Origin: Eledone cirrhosa
Taxonomy: Eukaryota
DNA length: 64,000 nt
Reading direction: 5' to 3'
NCBI GenBank assembly: GCA_964016885.1
Contig: OZ024751.1
Span: 23,746,001 to 23,810,000 of the forward strand
Shown: piece by piece, positions 25,238 through 38,919 of the stretch
How positions within the stretch are numbered: the stretch's first letter is position 1
How the letters are laid out: every line of letters begins with the position of its first letter
The notes under the pieces: generated by a model
What the model saw: the letters and a program-made list of their open reading frames with translations, nothing else
What the model was told of the DNA's origin: nothing
Database searches by the model: none
Translations under genes and position numbers: made by a program

Positions 25238-26437
25238 ATGATGTCAATCCTGAATTATGTTTTGATTTTGATACCAGTTATATCGGTAGTAAATCCCATC
25301 GCTACGTACGAAGATGAAAGACTACTACAAGCTACATTATTATCCAATTATAGCAAACATATACGACCTGTTATTGATTTGACTAAACCTGTCAATATAG
25401 ATACATTCATATTGCTTCACACACTTTATGATTTGGACTTCGTAAATAATATACTTATTGCTTGGTACCTAATTGGTCAAAAATGGAATGATGAACTGCT
25501 GAGATGGAATCCAGAGGAATACAACAACATTACAAGCATAAACCTACCGAAAGATAAGATATGGGCGCCAGATATCATAATGTGTAATTCAATGTCGGAA
25601 ACAGAAGATGAAGACATTCAGCCCAAAGTTAGGCTACATTTTAATGGAAGACTGGAAACGTGGTCACAGAAAGTAGTACGAACCTTTTGTCCAGTTGACG
25701 CTTATACGTACCCGTTTGATGAGCATGCCTGTGAAATTTGCATATCTGTTGCTGTGCATGAACCCCGCCATACTCGAATTAAATCCCTCACTTACACTGA
25801 TTTGAAATTTATAAAAAACTACCAATGGGATATCGATACCAATGATAAGGTAAATTCCACTGAGGGTATGTACAGCTACGCAACAGGTACGATTTATTTA
25901 CGGCGAAAACTCACACTAGCTATTATAGCTATGTTAATTCCCACTGCAATGATGACAATTTTAACTATTTGTGTGTTTATTTTGCCTCCTGAATCAGGAG
26001 AGAAAGTTTCCTTGGCAACAACAATATTTTTATCAAATGTCTTATACCTCGTGGAAATCGAAAAGACGACGCCGAAAAATTCCAAATCCCCTTCACTTCT
26101 GATGTTGTATTTGTTGTTGTTATCAATGTCAAGTGGAATCACTACACTTGGTTCAGTTGTTATAAGTAAATTGTATGTAAACCAATCAGCTAAAGAAAAG
26201 AAATCAACGACTTTAGATCAAAATAATACCAAACCTCGCGGTAACAAAATTGCTGATGTTTCACTAATTCCCACAGCACAATCAGATCCTGATCCTGTAC
26301 TGAAAGAAAAGTCTAGCAAAAATCGATGGTTTTGTGTCTCCGACTACGTACGGCTTGATGGCATGTTTTTAAAGGTTAGCTTTGTATTATCAATAATAGT
26401 TGCAACATTATTTACATATTTGATGTTAAATGCATGA
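25238..26437 (+). CDS. Intronless Cys-loop channel subunit, CR-like, copy 2 (399 aa)
   Basis: Gap-free paralog of copy 1 over the extracellular domain. Cys-loop CPVDAYTYPFDEHAC (25688-25732), LPPESGEKVSLATTIFLSNVLYL M2, short M3-M4 loop, hydrophobic N-terminal signal, no loop C CC. Confidence 0.93.
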   Translation: MMSILNYVLILIPVISVVNPIATYEDERLLQATLLSNYSKHIRPVIDLTKPVNIDTFILLHTLYDLDFVNNILIAWYLIGQKWNDELLRWNPEEYNNITSINLPKDKIWAPDIIMCNSMSETEDEDIQPKVRLHFNGRLETWSQKVVRTFCPVDAYTYPFDEHACEICISVAVHEPRHTRIKSLTYTDLKFIKNYQWDIDTNDKVNSTEGMYSYATGTIYLRRKLTLAIIAMLIPTAMMTILTICVFILPPESGEKVSLATTIFLSNVLYLVEIEKTTPKNSKSPSLLMLYLLLLSMSSGITTLGSVVISKLYVNQSAKEKKSTTLDQNNTKPRGNKIADVSLIPTAQSDPDPVLKEKSSKNRWFCVSDYVRLDGMFLKVSFVLSIIVATLFTYLMLNA

Positions 26438-26478
26438 ACATATTTATTAATTGTTTTTCCTTCATTTACTGAAGTATA

Positions 26479-26600
26479 AAATGGTGGTTTTCCGTCTCCG
26501 ACTACATATAACTTGATAACACGCATTCAAAAGATATCTTTGTAAAATGAGCCATAAATTCAATATCACTCATATTTGCCTTGGCTATAGGATTGACTAG
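26479..26600 (+). pseudogene. Degenerate duplicate of the receptor pre-M4/M4 coding segment
   Basis: Translates KWWFSVSDYI*LDNTHSKDIFVK*AINSISLIFALAIGL, versus KRWFYISDYVRLDNIFLKLSVVTSIIIAILF in copy 1. It is in a different frame from copy 2. Confidence 0.6.
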
Positions 26601-26752
26601 AATAAACATTTCTACAATATTTAGAAAAGGAATTGTTCCGAAGAATTCACAAACTGCTCAGTACATATTTATATGTTTAACAGGTTTTGACCGAAAGTTA
26701 ACAAAACACATACACACATACACAACACACACAGAACCTACAAACTATGAAC

Positions 26753-26954
26753 ATACGAAAATCGTCTGAAAATTCATAGGCTGACCAAGATACTCTCATG
26801 GAATGACCAAATGATGTTTATTTTTAAACATAGTCTCTGGAAACAAACAATGCAGTTATTAATAAGGAGAGTTGAACTTAATGCATGCATGATTTCAGAG
26901 CTCTAGCATTAATACTTTATAGTCAGCCTATGAACCTTTTAGCCCACCCTCATA
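26753..26954. mobile_element. Mariner-derived MITE, about 320 bp downstream of CR copy 2
   Basis: Homologous to 15431-15633. TIR core ttcataggctgac / gtcagcctatgaa. Confidence 0.7.
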
Positions 26955-29804
26955 TGTAATTATGTTGTAAAGGTATTACGGTTTTCATATCAACACCACG
27001 AATTGTTTCGCATATTATATCAATTTAATATTTCATTAGTTTGTGTGCTATTATATGGAGATATATTTCGTTATTTAGAAATCTCTCTAGGAAATATTAT
27101 TCCAAAGAAACTCCTTATAATTATTTCTCTACATAATTAATATAATAAAATAATGGCTTCTTTTAATTGCTGATTAATTTCAAAATAAGTTTCTTTTTTT
27201 CACTTGAAATCTCTGTGAAATTTCTTACAGCTAAACAAATGAACATGAAAGACATTGGAAATACGTCACATTTCACTGTAAACGTAAGACGTTAGTGCAT
27301 ATTAACCTTTACTTTAATACAGTGGATCGACTACAGTATTAGCTAAGATTGCTTCAATCTACTTGCTGTTATCCGTTGCTAGTGCGGATCCTGCTGGTGT
27401 GGTACCACCATGACTCGGGCACTCGCGTCTCACTCGCACCTCTTCGTTAGACGAATTGTTAGCCCATCGACAGGTATTGCACTAACCATTATGTCCAGAC
27501 TTTGCATCTCCTAATGCCGGCACTTTGGACGTATCTGGTTTCAGAATTACTTTGTATCAATCAATTTGATAACGTGACCACAATAGCCCTGACCCGTTAG
27601 AGAAGCAATGGGTACAGCTCTTTTATCCAGACCAATGAAAAGATATTTAGAACCGAACAGAAAAAAAACATCATATAACAAGAAGTTTGAATTGTTAATA
27701 AACTTTTGTATGTATTAGCATTCATTAAAATATATTTCATTTGAATTTATTGATTGGCCAGAAAATCTTGAATCTGTGTTTCACCTACTATTAATAAATC
27801 ATCTCTATGTAACTTAATTTAATGGTTTATGTGTTTGTTGCTGTGTAAATCAGGTCTAGAATACGTACACTAAACTAACTTTTCTTGTACAATGGTACAG
27901 ATATATGTAGTCCCAAGTAGGGTATCCGGCTGTGAAGCATGTTGAGAGAGTACAAAAAAAAGCTAAAAAAACCCCAGGGAAATACTCTGTTCATATGGCA
28001 TTGAATGTCATAGTTATAAGATGGGGTGGATATAAAACAATATAATAATTATATATTTATTTCATATTGTGGCATGCACATCAAATACTATGCCGAAATG
28101 GATGAAATATACACTTATCGATCAGACAAAGATTGTGGCATGTAAAATATAAAGATAAACTGGTGTATATTTGACTGAATGACGACAGTATTCTATATAA
28201 TTCTGATAAGTTACTCTGAAAGTTCAATTTACCAGCCACTGTAAACGCTGGGTTGCATAGAGAAGAATGTTAAATCAGCAATATATTTGGATACATCTAC
28301 ACAGACGTTTGGATAGATACAGCGTTAAAATTATAGATATATCCAAGGAGGAATGAGAAATAAAATACAAATTCTGCATGAATTCTGTTAGTATTATGCC
28401 ATTTATATCCGAAATAAAACAAGAAAAAACGTAGAAATGCTTATATAACTAATATAAACATGATAATCCGTTTGGAAAATATACATTACATTTCTACATT
28501 TAGAATCAGCGTTTAATCATATGTAACATTTTTTCAGAGAGTACTTAAAGGAAGGGAATTTCAGCAGAACAGCATCATTCTAGCAGAAAAATAATTCTCA
28601 TATATCACGTTCTGAAAACATACGTATATGTCCATACAATAAAGTACAGTAGTCGGTAAGAAACGTTGTCCTGTGGTTGTGGTATATGTTTCGGTAACGT
28701 GCCTTAGCAGACTTGTAACATATCGTTTCAAAGATAAACGCATGACGCAAAGGGTGTTGGACGTCATATTTACACACAGAACATGTTTGTCTAGTGAGAT
28801 AATGTTTGTGTGCAAACAACATTAATATCAATGACCTAATATTAATAAAGCTTGGAACATATCCATCAGTCGATTATGTACATATGATTAAACAATTTAG
28901 CGAAAAGCTGAGTTATGTGAGGGGAAGCTAATATTTCGCCAACCTAACCATTTTTATGTTTGTCATATACTTCTTATCGTTCCATATCGATGCATGTTGC
29001 ATTAATCAAACTATCCCCAGTGTCTATTCAATTACAAAAGGCATTAGGGATATATTAATAGCCAATAAATTCAATATTTGAAACAGCCTTTACAAAATGT
29101 ATAGCAGAACATCAATATTTAAACCCTTTAAGAGAGAAATAAATTGAAAGTGAAATAAATTACCAATAAGGACCCTAATAACCGACATGCTGTGACACGT
29201 TACCCGCTTCCTACTTAGTCTCTTCGGTCTCAAACCCCGGTAACACGGGCCGCAATGTTATGAAGAGTAAGACAAGCAAATACTGGGGCTTGTCCGGCCA
29301 CTTCCTTTTTGCGCCAATCGCTATCAAAACTTTGGGCTTCCCCGGTCCCCGTACAGCCGAGCTACTCTTTAAAACCAAAACGACAGCAGCCCAACTGAGG
29401 AAGTAACCCCGCGAAGTGAGGTAGCTGTTGCAGTGGGTGTCGCTGGTTACTGTCCACGGAACGTAGCCATAACACCGTTCTGATCGAGTTGTAGAGTCTA
29501 TCACCCTCTCCCACTCCCACTTTCTTTCTTCTGTTGCCCAATAGTCTTCCCTCTTTCCCTTCTTTTCCTCTCATTCATGGCATTTATAATCCTTTCCAAC
29601 GGTGCTTTATTTTTCTGTACATTATACTAAATACCTCTATTTCCATTTATAACCGATATATCGCATTGAAAAGATCAAGCCAGTATCATATCAATATACT
29701 TGTAATATTTGGCTATATGACATGTTGGATATATAAAAACTAAAGAAGATATCAACGAAGAAAGCGGTCAATTTTTGTACTTTGGAAGTTATATGAAACA
29801 TTGG

Positions 29805-30050
29805 CTCTGGGTATAACTTACCATGGAAGTACAAGTTTGGAAATCAATGTTGCTGGGTAATGGGAAATGCATGAAAATCTAGAACATTATGTTTTCCCAA
29901 ATGACCATGGGGATATCTTGTCATGGAAGTACAAATTTAGAAGTCAGGATTGCTGGGTAATGAATAATATATAACTTACTATAGCAGTCTATTTTTCCGA
30001 TTGGCCATGGGGATAAATTAACATGAAATTACACATTTGAAAGTTAGGGT
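29805..30050. repeat. Degenerate tandem repeat, period about 99 bp, about 3 copies
   Basis: catggaagtacaa(g/a)ttt(g/a)gaa...ttgctgggtaatg recurs at about 29822 and 29922, with a decayed copy at about 30022. Confidence 0.65.
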
Positions 30051-30544
30051 TTCGCTCTCCAGTCATATGAATATGATATTTGCCTTAAGACATTTACTAT
30101 ATGACCTCTCTGCCACCTTACATCTGCCTTATGGCATAGGTTTCATTCCCTTTCTTCTTTTGTATTGAGGAGTAGGACAGAGTAATTCAAATTCTTAGAT
30201 ATATAGTTCGTAAGGTGAAATCTTCCCGCAGCTATGTTGATGGAGTTTGTATATATCTTGAATGATAATTTATTACTTTTCTATTCAGAAGAAATCTGGT
30301 AATGTATACGTGATAAGCTGGCTCCACTTGGTAAACAGGAAGCTAAATAATGGTTTCCGATTTAGGCATAAGACCAAGAATTTAATTGTGATGAGAGCTG
30401 ATCTCAAATCGCTCAGACGCAACAAGTGGAGAAATAATGTGATGAAAAGGACCCATACAACCCATGCGAGCGTGGAAAAATGGATGTAAAAATGATGATG
30501 AAACATACATACAAACACACATATATATATACAAGAAATCAAAC

Positions 30545-30962
30545 CCAGTACGTTAGTGTTACTTTATTTTATAAACCTCGTAATGATGAAAGGCAAAGCT
30601 AACCTCGGTGAGAGTTGAACTAATAACGTAAAGGGACGTAAATGCTACAGCGCATTTGTCCGACGCGTTAACAATTCTGCCAATTCGTGACCCTAAGATA
30701 GCTAAATACTAATTCATATTGCGGAATATTTCTACCTCATTATTTAGCGTATCAACTTTATTCAGGGGATAGTCTGTTCACATGCAGTATCGGTAGAGGG
30801 TCTGACGCCATGCTTTGCAGCATAGAGTTACGCCCCTTTATGGTGTGAGTTCAAATCCCACCGAGGTTCACTTTGCCTTTCATCCTTACGGGGTCGATAA
30901 AATAAAGTACCAGTAATCTACTGGGATAATTGCTGGTCTTGTGCCAATAGTAGAAACAATTA
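30545..30962. mobile_element. Two SINE copies in divergent (head-to-head) orientation
   Basis: Minus copy at about 30545-30693 and plus copy at 30784-30962 of the 7901 family. Another minus copy at about 31303-31500. Confidence 0.75.
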
Positions 30963-31954
30963 TTTAGCCAAGAGGCAAGGTATTAACAAAACAGCCCACA
31001 GTTATATTAGTCAATTCATAATAGCTTCTTAATTAGGAACACAACTTTCTATTACTTTAGTCTTTTGAGATTTTCTTTTCAGCCCAACCGAGAAAAGATT
31101 CTGGACAACACACATAAATATGATATTAACAGAAACAACGGTTTACACGCATAAACAGGTTACGGAAAATAACAGTAGTGGCCACTGCCCACATATTATG
31201 AAGAACACGTTCAACACAACAGAAATATACATGTACACCTGGCACTTACAGTATTCACTTCCGTAGTAAAAATATACATTAAACACTACTACTGGCATAA
31301 TAATAATTATTTCTAACATTGGCACAAGAGTAGAAATTTATGGGAAGGGAAAAATCGATTATATCGACCCTAGTACTTGATTGGTATTTATTTTATCAAC
31401 CCCGTAAGGATGAAAGGAAAAGTTAACCTCGGCAGGATTTGAACTCAGAAGAATGCAAAGATCCGCAACTAAATGTGGCAAAGAATTTCGCTCGATTCTG
31501 TAACAAATCACCATCTACTACTACAAGAATAAATTGCTTTTTTTTCTGGTGTTAACATCTCACTAAACCATTACACTAAACTGGTCTGGTTACTAACATA
31601 AATGTATGAACGTGAGAATCAGCTAGCTCTTGTATTTAGATGATCTCAAGTTGCATTTTTGCAAACCAGAAACAAAGGGATAATCTATTACAAGCAATAA
31701 AGATGTCCAACAGAGAGAGAAATCAATGAAAAAGAACAAATAACAAAACTCCAAAACAAAACAAAAAAATACTCCACAAAACCCAATAAAAAACAAAACA
31801 AGTAATAACAAATTAGATAAAGAAATAGTGATAGGATAATCACACGATGAAGACTAGCTTAGAAATACGAAAGAATGCGTTAGCTAAGCAGAGTATATCA
31901 CACAGAGGCTAGTATTAAATATACATTACATCAATATTGATGACATTCTAAGGT

Positions 31955-32233
31955 CAGTCAAGAGCGCGGAGGTTCACCAGGTCGGTACTTATCAGGGATT
32001 CTGAGGCGTTATGCGACTCAGAGTACAAGAATCCACTCTGGACAGGACGCCAGTCCATTGCCGGGTTCAACCTTTAGCTTTGCTGCTGGCATTCACTTTC
32101 AACTGAGTATACTGGAGCAACGTGAAATGAAGTATTTTGCTCAAGAACGCAACATGCAACTCAGAACAGGAACCAAACACACAGCATTACGATCGTAAGT
32201 TCAACACCCTTACCCCTAGGCCACGTGCCTTCA
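31955..32233 (-). mobile_element. Second tRNA-derived SINE family (V-domain-like core)
   Basis: tRNA-like head ggcacgtggcctaggggtaagggtgttg and core tggactggcgtcctgtccag on the minus strand. Related copies at 61946-62220 (+), 39720-39840 (+) and 40860-40930 (-). Confidence 0.65.
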
Positions 32234-32248
32234 CTATATATATATATG

Positions 32249-32300
<52 letters not shown>

Positions 32301-32341
32301 GTAAACAAATAACAACACAATCGGTACAGTATATGGAAGGA

Positions 32342-32388
<47 letters not shown>

Positions 32389-32757
32389 CACACACATACA
32401 CACACACACACACAAATACGCACACACACACACACACATTTACATATATATATATATATATATCCATTATTATGTGTAAAATATAATTTGATATGAGATT
32501 GTTATCTTTCTATGAATACAGATTATATCTATACATTGTTTTCCCTGAATTGATATGGAACAATATTGATCAGAATTACCGCGCACTGATAAGGGAATGT
32601 TAACAGAACGTTGCCTCCGAAAAATTATAACATCTTGATCAATCAGGTTTATAAAATATTACTTTTGTGAAATGTAAACAAGTGTCAATACATCTGCGAT
32701 ATAAACTGTTAAAAAATAATTTTCTCGAAATCAGAAGGGACGCATTATGACAAAAGC

Positions 32758-32822
<65 letters not shown>

Positions 32823-32861
32823 AGACATATATATATGTGTGTCAGTGTGTGTTTGTATATT

Positions 32862-33422
32862 TAGCTTGTGGTCAACAGCTGTTCTATACTGGTTATAGTT
32901 AGCTTGTGGTCAATAGCTGTTCTATTCTATACTGGCTATAGTTAACTGGTAGTCAATAGCTGTTCTATACTGGTTATAGTTAGCTGGTGATCAATAGCTG
33001 TTCTATTCTATGGTGCCTATAGTTAACTGGTGGTCAATAGCTGTTCTATTTAAAGTGGCTATAGTTAACTGGTGGTCAATAGCTGTTTTATAGTGCCTAT
33101 AGTTAACTGGTGGTCAATAGCTGTTCTATAGTGGCTATAGTTAGCTGGTGGTCAATAGCTGTTCTATAGTGGCTATAATTAACTGGTGGTCAATAGCTGT
33201 TCTATAGTGGCTATAGTTAACTGGTGGTCAATAGCTGTTCTATAGTGGCTATAGTTAACTGGTGGTCAATAGCTGTTCTATAGTGCCTATAGTTAACTGG
33301 TGGTCAATAGCTGTTCTCTAGTGGCTATAGTTAACTGGTGGTCAATAGCTGTTCTATAGTGACTATAATTAACTGGTGGTCAATAGCTGTTCTATAGTGC
33401 CTATAGTTAGCTGGTGGTCAAC
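32862..33422. repeat. 38-bp minisatellite, about 14 copies
   Basis: Unit tagttaactggtggtcaatagctgttctatagtggcta. Contiguous, with no unique spacers. Confidence 0.95.
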
Positions 33423-33526
33423 ATCTTGTCTATTATGGGTATGGTGGTCAGAAAAAACCCCTGAATATAACGTGACTAAATTCATTGGCCACACGGTTTA
33501 TCCGCAAAGTAGTCGGTATGTCTGTT

Positions 33527-33700
33527 GAAAATCCACAGAGAGTATGTGTACACACAATCGACAGAGTGTATGTGTACACAAAATCCACAGAGTGTATGTG
33601 TACACAAAATCCACAGAGTGTATGTGTACACAAAATCCACAGAGAATAGGTGTAGACACAATTCACAGAAAAAGGTTGTAGACAAAATGCACCCAAAAGA
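33527..33700. repeat. 26-bp minisatellite, about 6 copies decaying rightwards
   Basis: Unit tgtgtacacaaaatccacagagtgta. Confidence 0.85.
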
Positions 33701-33968
33701 GGTGTAAGTGAAAAATCGCAATGAACAATCAGAGAGGCGGGAACAGACTTCCTTTTATAAGCAGAAGAGTCTACTTTGGCCGGGAATTCATTGACAGAGT
33801 TATTTCCTCCTGAACAGATATATATTTGGGGAACCAGGTTAAAATTTTGCAACAAGTAGTTTAACAACAAATGTTTCATTTTCCTCCCTTTTTCTGTTTT
33901 CTCTTTAATAGTGTGTTTTATTTTTATTGGATCCTATTCAATTATTTTGATGTAATTATTAGTATTAC

Positions 33969-34069
<101 letters not shown>

Positions 34070-34076
34070 TATATAT

Positions 34077-34164
34077 AGAGGTTGTACCAAATAAAGTATA
34101 CATACTTCAACACAATTCTAATACATATTGCCTGTACAAATTGTGTATACATTTTTGGGTCATC

Positions 34165-34167
<3 letters not shown>
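34077..34167. mobile_element. Tiny Tc1/mariner-like MITE
   Basis: Imperfect TIRs gaggttgtaccaaataaagtatac / gtatacatttttgggtcatcctg inside (TA)n. Confidence 0.45.
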
Positions 34168-34224
<57 letters not shown>

Positions 34225-34379
34225 GCATCGAGTACTAATATGATTTGTCGTCTTTTCTTGTTTTCACACCGCAGACACTCCATATAATATATATATGTTG
34301 AGTAATATTAAATATTACCCAGTTACAAGTATGAATAAATAATCTTTGATTATTATTTACATTGTCTATATATTTTTAT

Positions 34380-34415
<36 letters not shown>

Positions 34416-37205
34416 TATATATATATATAATATTGTGTTGAAGGAGAAGAAAAATATTCTTTATTCAAAGTGTTTATTCATCTGATTGAAATTACATGAA
34501 AATCATAAAATAAACATTGAAATTAACATTGCTAGAGGAATGCTAACGCATCCGCTGATGTTTAAAGTGTAAAAAAAAAACAACGATTCCCATCATCTAG
34601 ATCTAAAGGAATTTATTGGAATAATATAGAACAAATCTGTAAAAAAAAAACACTTCAAAAAATCTAAATAAAAAAAAACAGCAACAAACAATCAAACAAG
34701 ACTTTTGTTGTTTCTTTAAATGTTATCTTTTTATTTGAAGAAAAACAGAAATGATTTAGATATTTAGATATTTTTAGATAGATATGTTTCTTTAATAGAG
34801 ATACATGTAGGTTTAGTGATATCCAGTAGTGAACTGAGTTGTAATATGGTTGAAACTATCATGTGCGAAATACAGACTTTGAGTTCAAATTCTATTATTG
34901 TTATGAAAAGAGAACCTAGAAACAGAAATTGTGACGTTACACAGTTTAGTAATCTAAAACTATATTCCGAACTGATATCTCAACGTTTATTTCTCATTAA
35001 ATATAATCTTTTATATGCTAGTCTTCACATTGTACCTAGTCTAGTTAAAGCGGTAAATTGGCAGTATCACTTGAGCGTCGGACAACGTGCTTTGGGGCAT
35101 AGAGTTTCGTCCCTTTAATTATTGATTTCAAATCCCACCGAGATTATCTTTATCTTTCACCCTTACTGGGTGCATAAAATAAAGTATCAGTAACGCACTA
35201 GGGTCAATATAATGGCCCCCCCCATACACACAATTTGTTGGACTTTTTGCAATTATATAAAAAGTTTATATAAGGGATATAATATAGCGTTCGTTATATC
35301 ATAACCGGAAGTACTGACATTTGAAAATTTTAAAGAAGTGAATTTCAAAATAAGCAATCATTATATATAAGAATATTTATGTTTAATCAACAACTACGAA
35401 ATTTAGTATATAAATTATGTAATATTTATTCATTATTTATTCAAAGTAATCCAACTTTTCTTACTTACGGGATAACAAAATATATTCAGGACACAGTCCC
35501 GCACTCCACCCTTTATTATATGATATTTCGAAAGGATAATAATATTTAATAGAGTTTTATATTTATATATACACACAGCATCCTCATGTTTCTTGTTTAA
35601 CGTTTCTTTCTAATGGAAAATTATTTGCTATATTCGACATTCCCTTCATATATTCGAAATTTAAATGAACGATTAAAAAATGTGCATGTGTACACATGAT
35701 AATGTGACAAAGCATATATTGATTCTATTAAGCCCACTTGTAATTTCTGAGCGTCTTCTAGGAACACGTAAGTGAAGCTCTCAAATCTAGAGGACTTTTA
35801 CTGCCGAGTTAACTTGTCGCATGTTTAATTTATAAAGTGTGAATAAACAATTTTCTCGAAACATGTATCCCTCTGCAATATCAACAAGATCAAACATTCT
35901 TGACTAAATGTAAGGAAATCGGAGACGAATTGTTTGAGCAAGGATACACACATACTGTTGGCATATCGTACAGTAATGGATTTTGATTCTTCATAAACAA
36001 ATATTCACAGGAATTTTCAATTGAAAGATCTCAAGAATTTCCTCGTTTTCCCAAACAGAAATTAGAAGCAAAGATAGAAATCATACAAACAGTTAAAAAT
36101 CCCAGCGCATTTTTAAAAAATGAGAGTTTATTTTAATAGCACGTTATTATTATTATTTTTCTTTTATATTTTAGAAATAATATTTTAGTTTAGCGAGATT
36201 ATTGTTTAGTCTTTTTTTTAAATTTTCTTGTTTGCATTAAATATAATTTCACTACGCGTCATGTCCAGAAACTGTATTAATGGATACGTACGCAAAAGCC
36301 ATTTACAGTACTTTTAGGGAATTTCTAGAACATTTTAACAATTATCAGTGCATTGTGGCATTATCTGTACCTCTAATACAAGTGTAATGACTATATTAAA
36401 CTTATGTCCCTATTACGAAATATAGAAGGCCTTACTCTTAATATATATAAAGATGAAGAATGAAATTTTCTTTCGATTCCATTTAAAATCTCAGTAAGGT
36501 ATCTGCATATTCATGTGTCTATAAGTAAACGAGAGAGAGAAAGAGAGAGAGAGAAGGGGTGGAGGGGGGATTGAGTCTATCTGTGTGTAAGAGAGAGGGA
36601 GAGAGATGGAGCTGGAGTGTGTATGAGTTTATGTGGGAAAGAGAGTGCTCATGTATGAATGCGTGCGTGTGTTAGAGAAAAGACTTTATGTATGACTGGG
36701 TATTGAGAGAAAATATACAGTGAGAGTGAAACGAATGAGGAGAAAATTTCAGGCTCTTGGAGTTGATACTAACATTATGACTAGAGTTAAGTTGTAACAC
36801 AATAGACTTTTACGAAATAATGATTACACTTATACAGCGATTGGAAACGATCGATTAAAGATAAATTGACATGTACAGTTCTCTATATAAATACAACACA
36901 CATTTACCGAGAACAAAATATTGGGAGAATAATGTCACATACATATACACACACATATACGTACATATATAAACACATAAATATATATGCATATATATAT
37001 ATATATACACACACACACATATATGTATGTATATGTATATATATATGTATATATATGTATATAGATGCATATGTATATATATGTATATATATATATGTAT
37101 ATATATATATAAATATATATATATATACGCATGAAAATATATATGTATATATATGTATATGTATATACATATGTATATGTACGTATAGATGTGTACATGT
37201 ATATG

Positions 37206-37289
<84 letters not shown>

Positions 37290-37489
37290 AGAAATGAATA
37301 CAAAGGAGTATATACCGTTATGTATTTTAATTATGTCTCATATAAAATAATACAACTGGCTATCCGCAAAATACGTATAGTTAGCACCCCAAACGTATAA
37401 TTGGGATTATACTAAGGTATATCCTAATGTTTGTTGAGTGAGAAGGAAGCCGGTCGGAGTATTGCTTAAAGGTTTCTCTGTTAATGTAT

Positions 37490-37595
<106 letters not shown>

Positions 37596-38919
37596 AATGT
37601 ACATATATATATTGTTAGATGAGTACCCAAAAGTAAAATAATATGTGTCTCAACACATTTTCAGATAAAATATCCTACAAAACAAATTGTTGGTGTGTGT
37701 ATATATATATATACACACACCAAGCTGGAATATAACTAAGTGAAAAATTGACTATTTCACTTAACTAATCAGGGATAGGCTCGGAACCGATGTAGTATTT
37801 AGAAACTCTATAATAATTTGCAATAGGTTTGTACAATAAATTATCAACTATAACAAACACAAAATATTAAATGCGCAATTTGCAGGATAACGAACATTTC
37901 TTATTACGATTTGGTGTATGTATAAGAGAATTATGTATACATTTAAAACATAATTCCACATTTATTCCCATTTAAAAGGCGCATAGAATTTAGTTTCCTT
38001 TGGATAATATTTATCAAATAAATGAAAAACAAAAATCTAAGAAATATATAGACATAGTTTATATACACTTTGACTGAATTATATAATTTACTTTTGATGT
38101 TAATAATGGGAACTTATTTTTTTAAATTTTACCTTTTTCCTTTAATATTATTAAAATGGTCAAAGCGATATTTTCAATTTAATTTAAAACTTATCAATAT
38201 ATTACAAAAACTAAATAATAATTTAGTAACACAGAATTTCAAAGAACGTTTTGTCCGTTAAGATATTTATACTCTACTTCAGAATTGGATACTTTTTCTC
38301 ACGTCTTGCAGTAACACACACACACACACGCACACGCACACACACACATATATATATATACATATATATATTTATATAGGAGAGAGAGAGAGAGGGGGAA
38401 AATGGGAGGATATTTGAGTGAGAGAAAAAGAAATCTAATAAATATCTCCACTTCAGACTACAGAAAATATACATTTTTCAAAGGATGTATTTCATGATTT
38501 TTCTCCCACCATACACAATTAATTAAAAGAACCTTACATTTAAAGCTATAAAGACACTTTACGAGCTATTAGGCATTGATGAGGAATCTTACGCTCATAA
38601 TAAAGAGAAAAATACGATACAATATTCGCAGTCGAAATTTTAATTTCGCAGTGATAATATTATATTGTTCGTGTAAACATTGCCATTAATCAGTAGACGT
38701 ATATTAAGAAATATATATTGCTGCAATTTGTCCATTAAGATTCTTTTCATAATGAGGATTATGCTTTAAATTTTAAGAAATTTAAAATCTGTTATGTGTG
38801 AGTTAATATATACGGTGCTACTATGCTATCGATCTTAGTAAATCAAATATAGATTACGACACAAGCAAACAAAAATATTTTCGATGACAGAAGATTTATG
38901 AGTGATTAGACAATACTAA

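Noticed and set aside
25894-26142. Antisense ORFs over the receptor genes (also 4689-4931 and 26344-26526)
   Set aside because: Shadow ORFs of the real CDS with no independent motifs.
29355-29455. GC-rich island with pseudoknot-like pairings (agctac/gtagct, agtaacc/ggttact) suggesting an HDV-like ribozyme
   Set aside because: No G-U cleavage pair, P1.1 or catalytic C in J4/2 could be placed on either strand. Probably a decayed retroelement UTR.
32862-33422. 38-bp repeat array resembling a CRISPR array
   Set aside because: Units are contiguous with no unique spacers, there are no cas genes, and the context is eukaryotic. It is a minisatellite.
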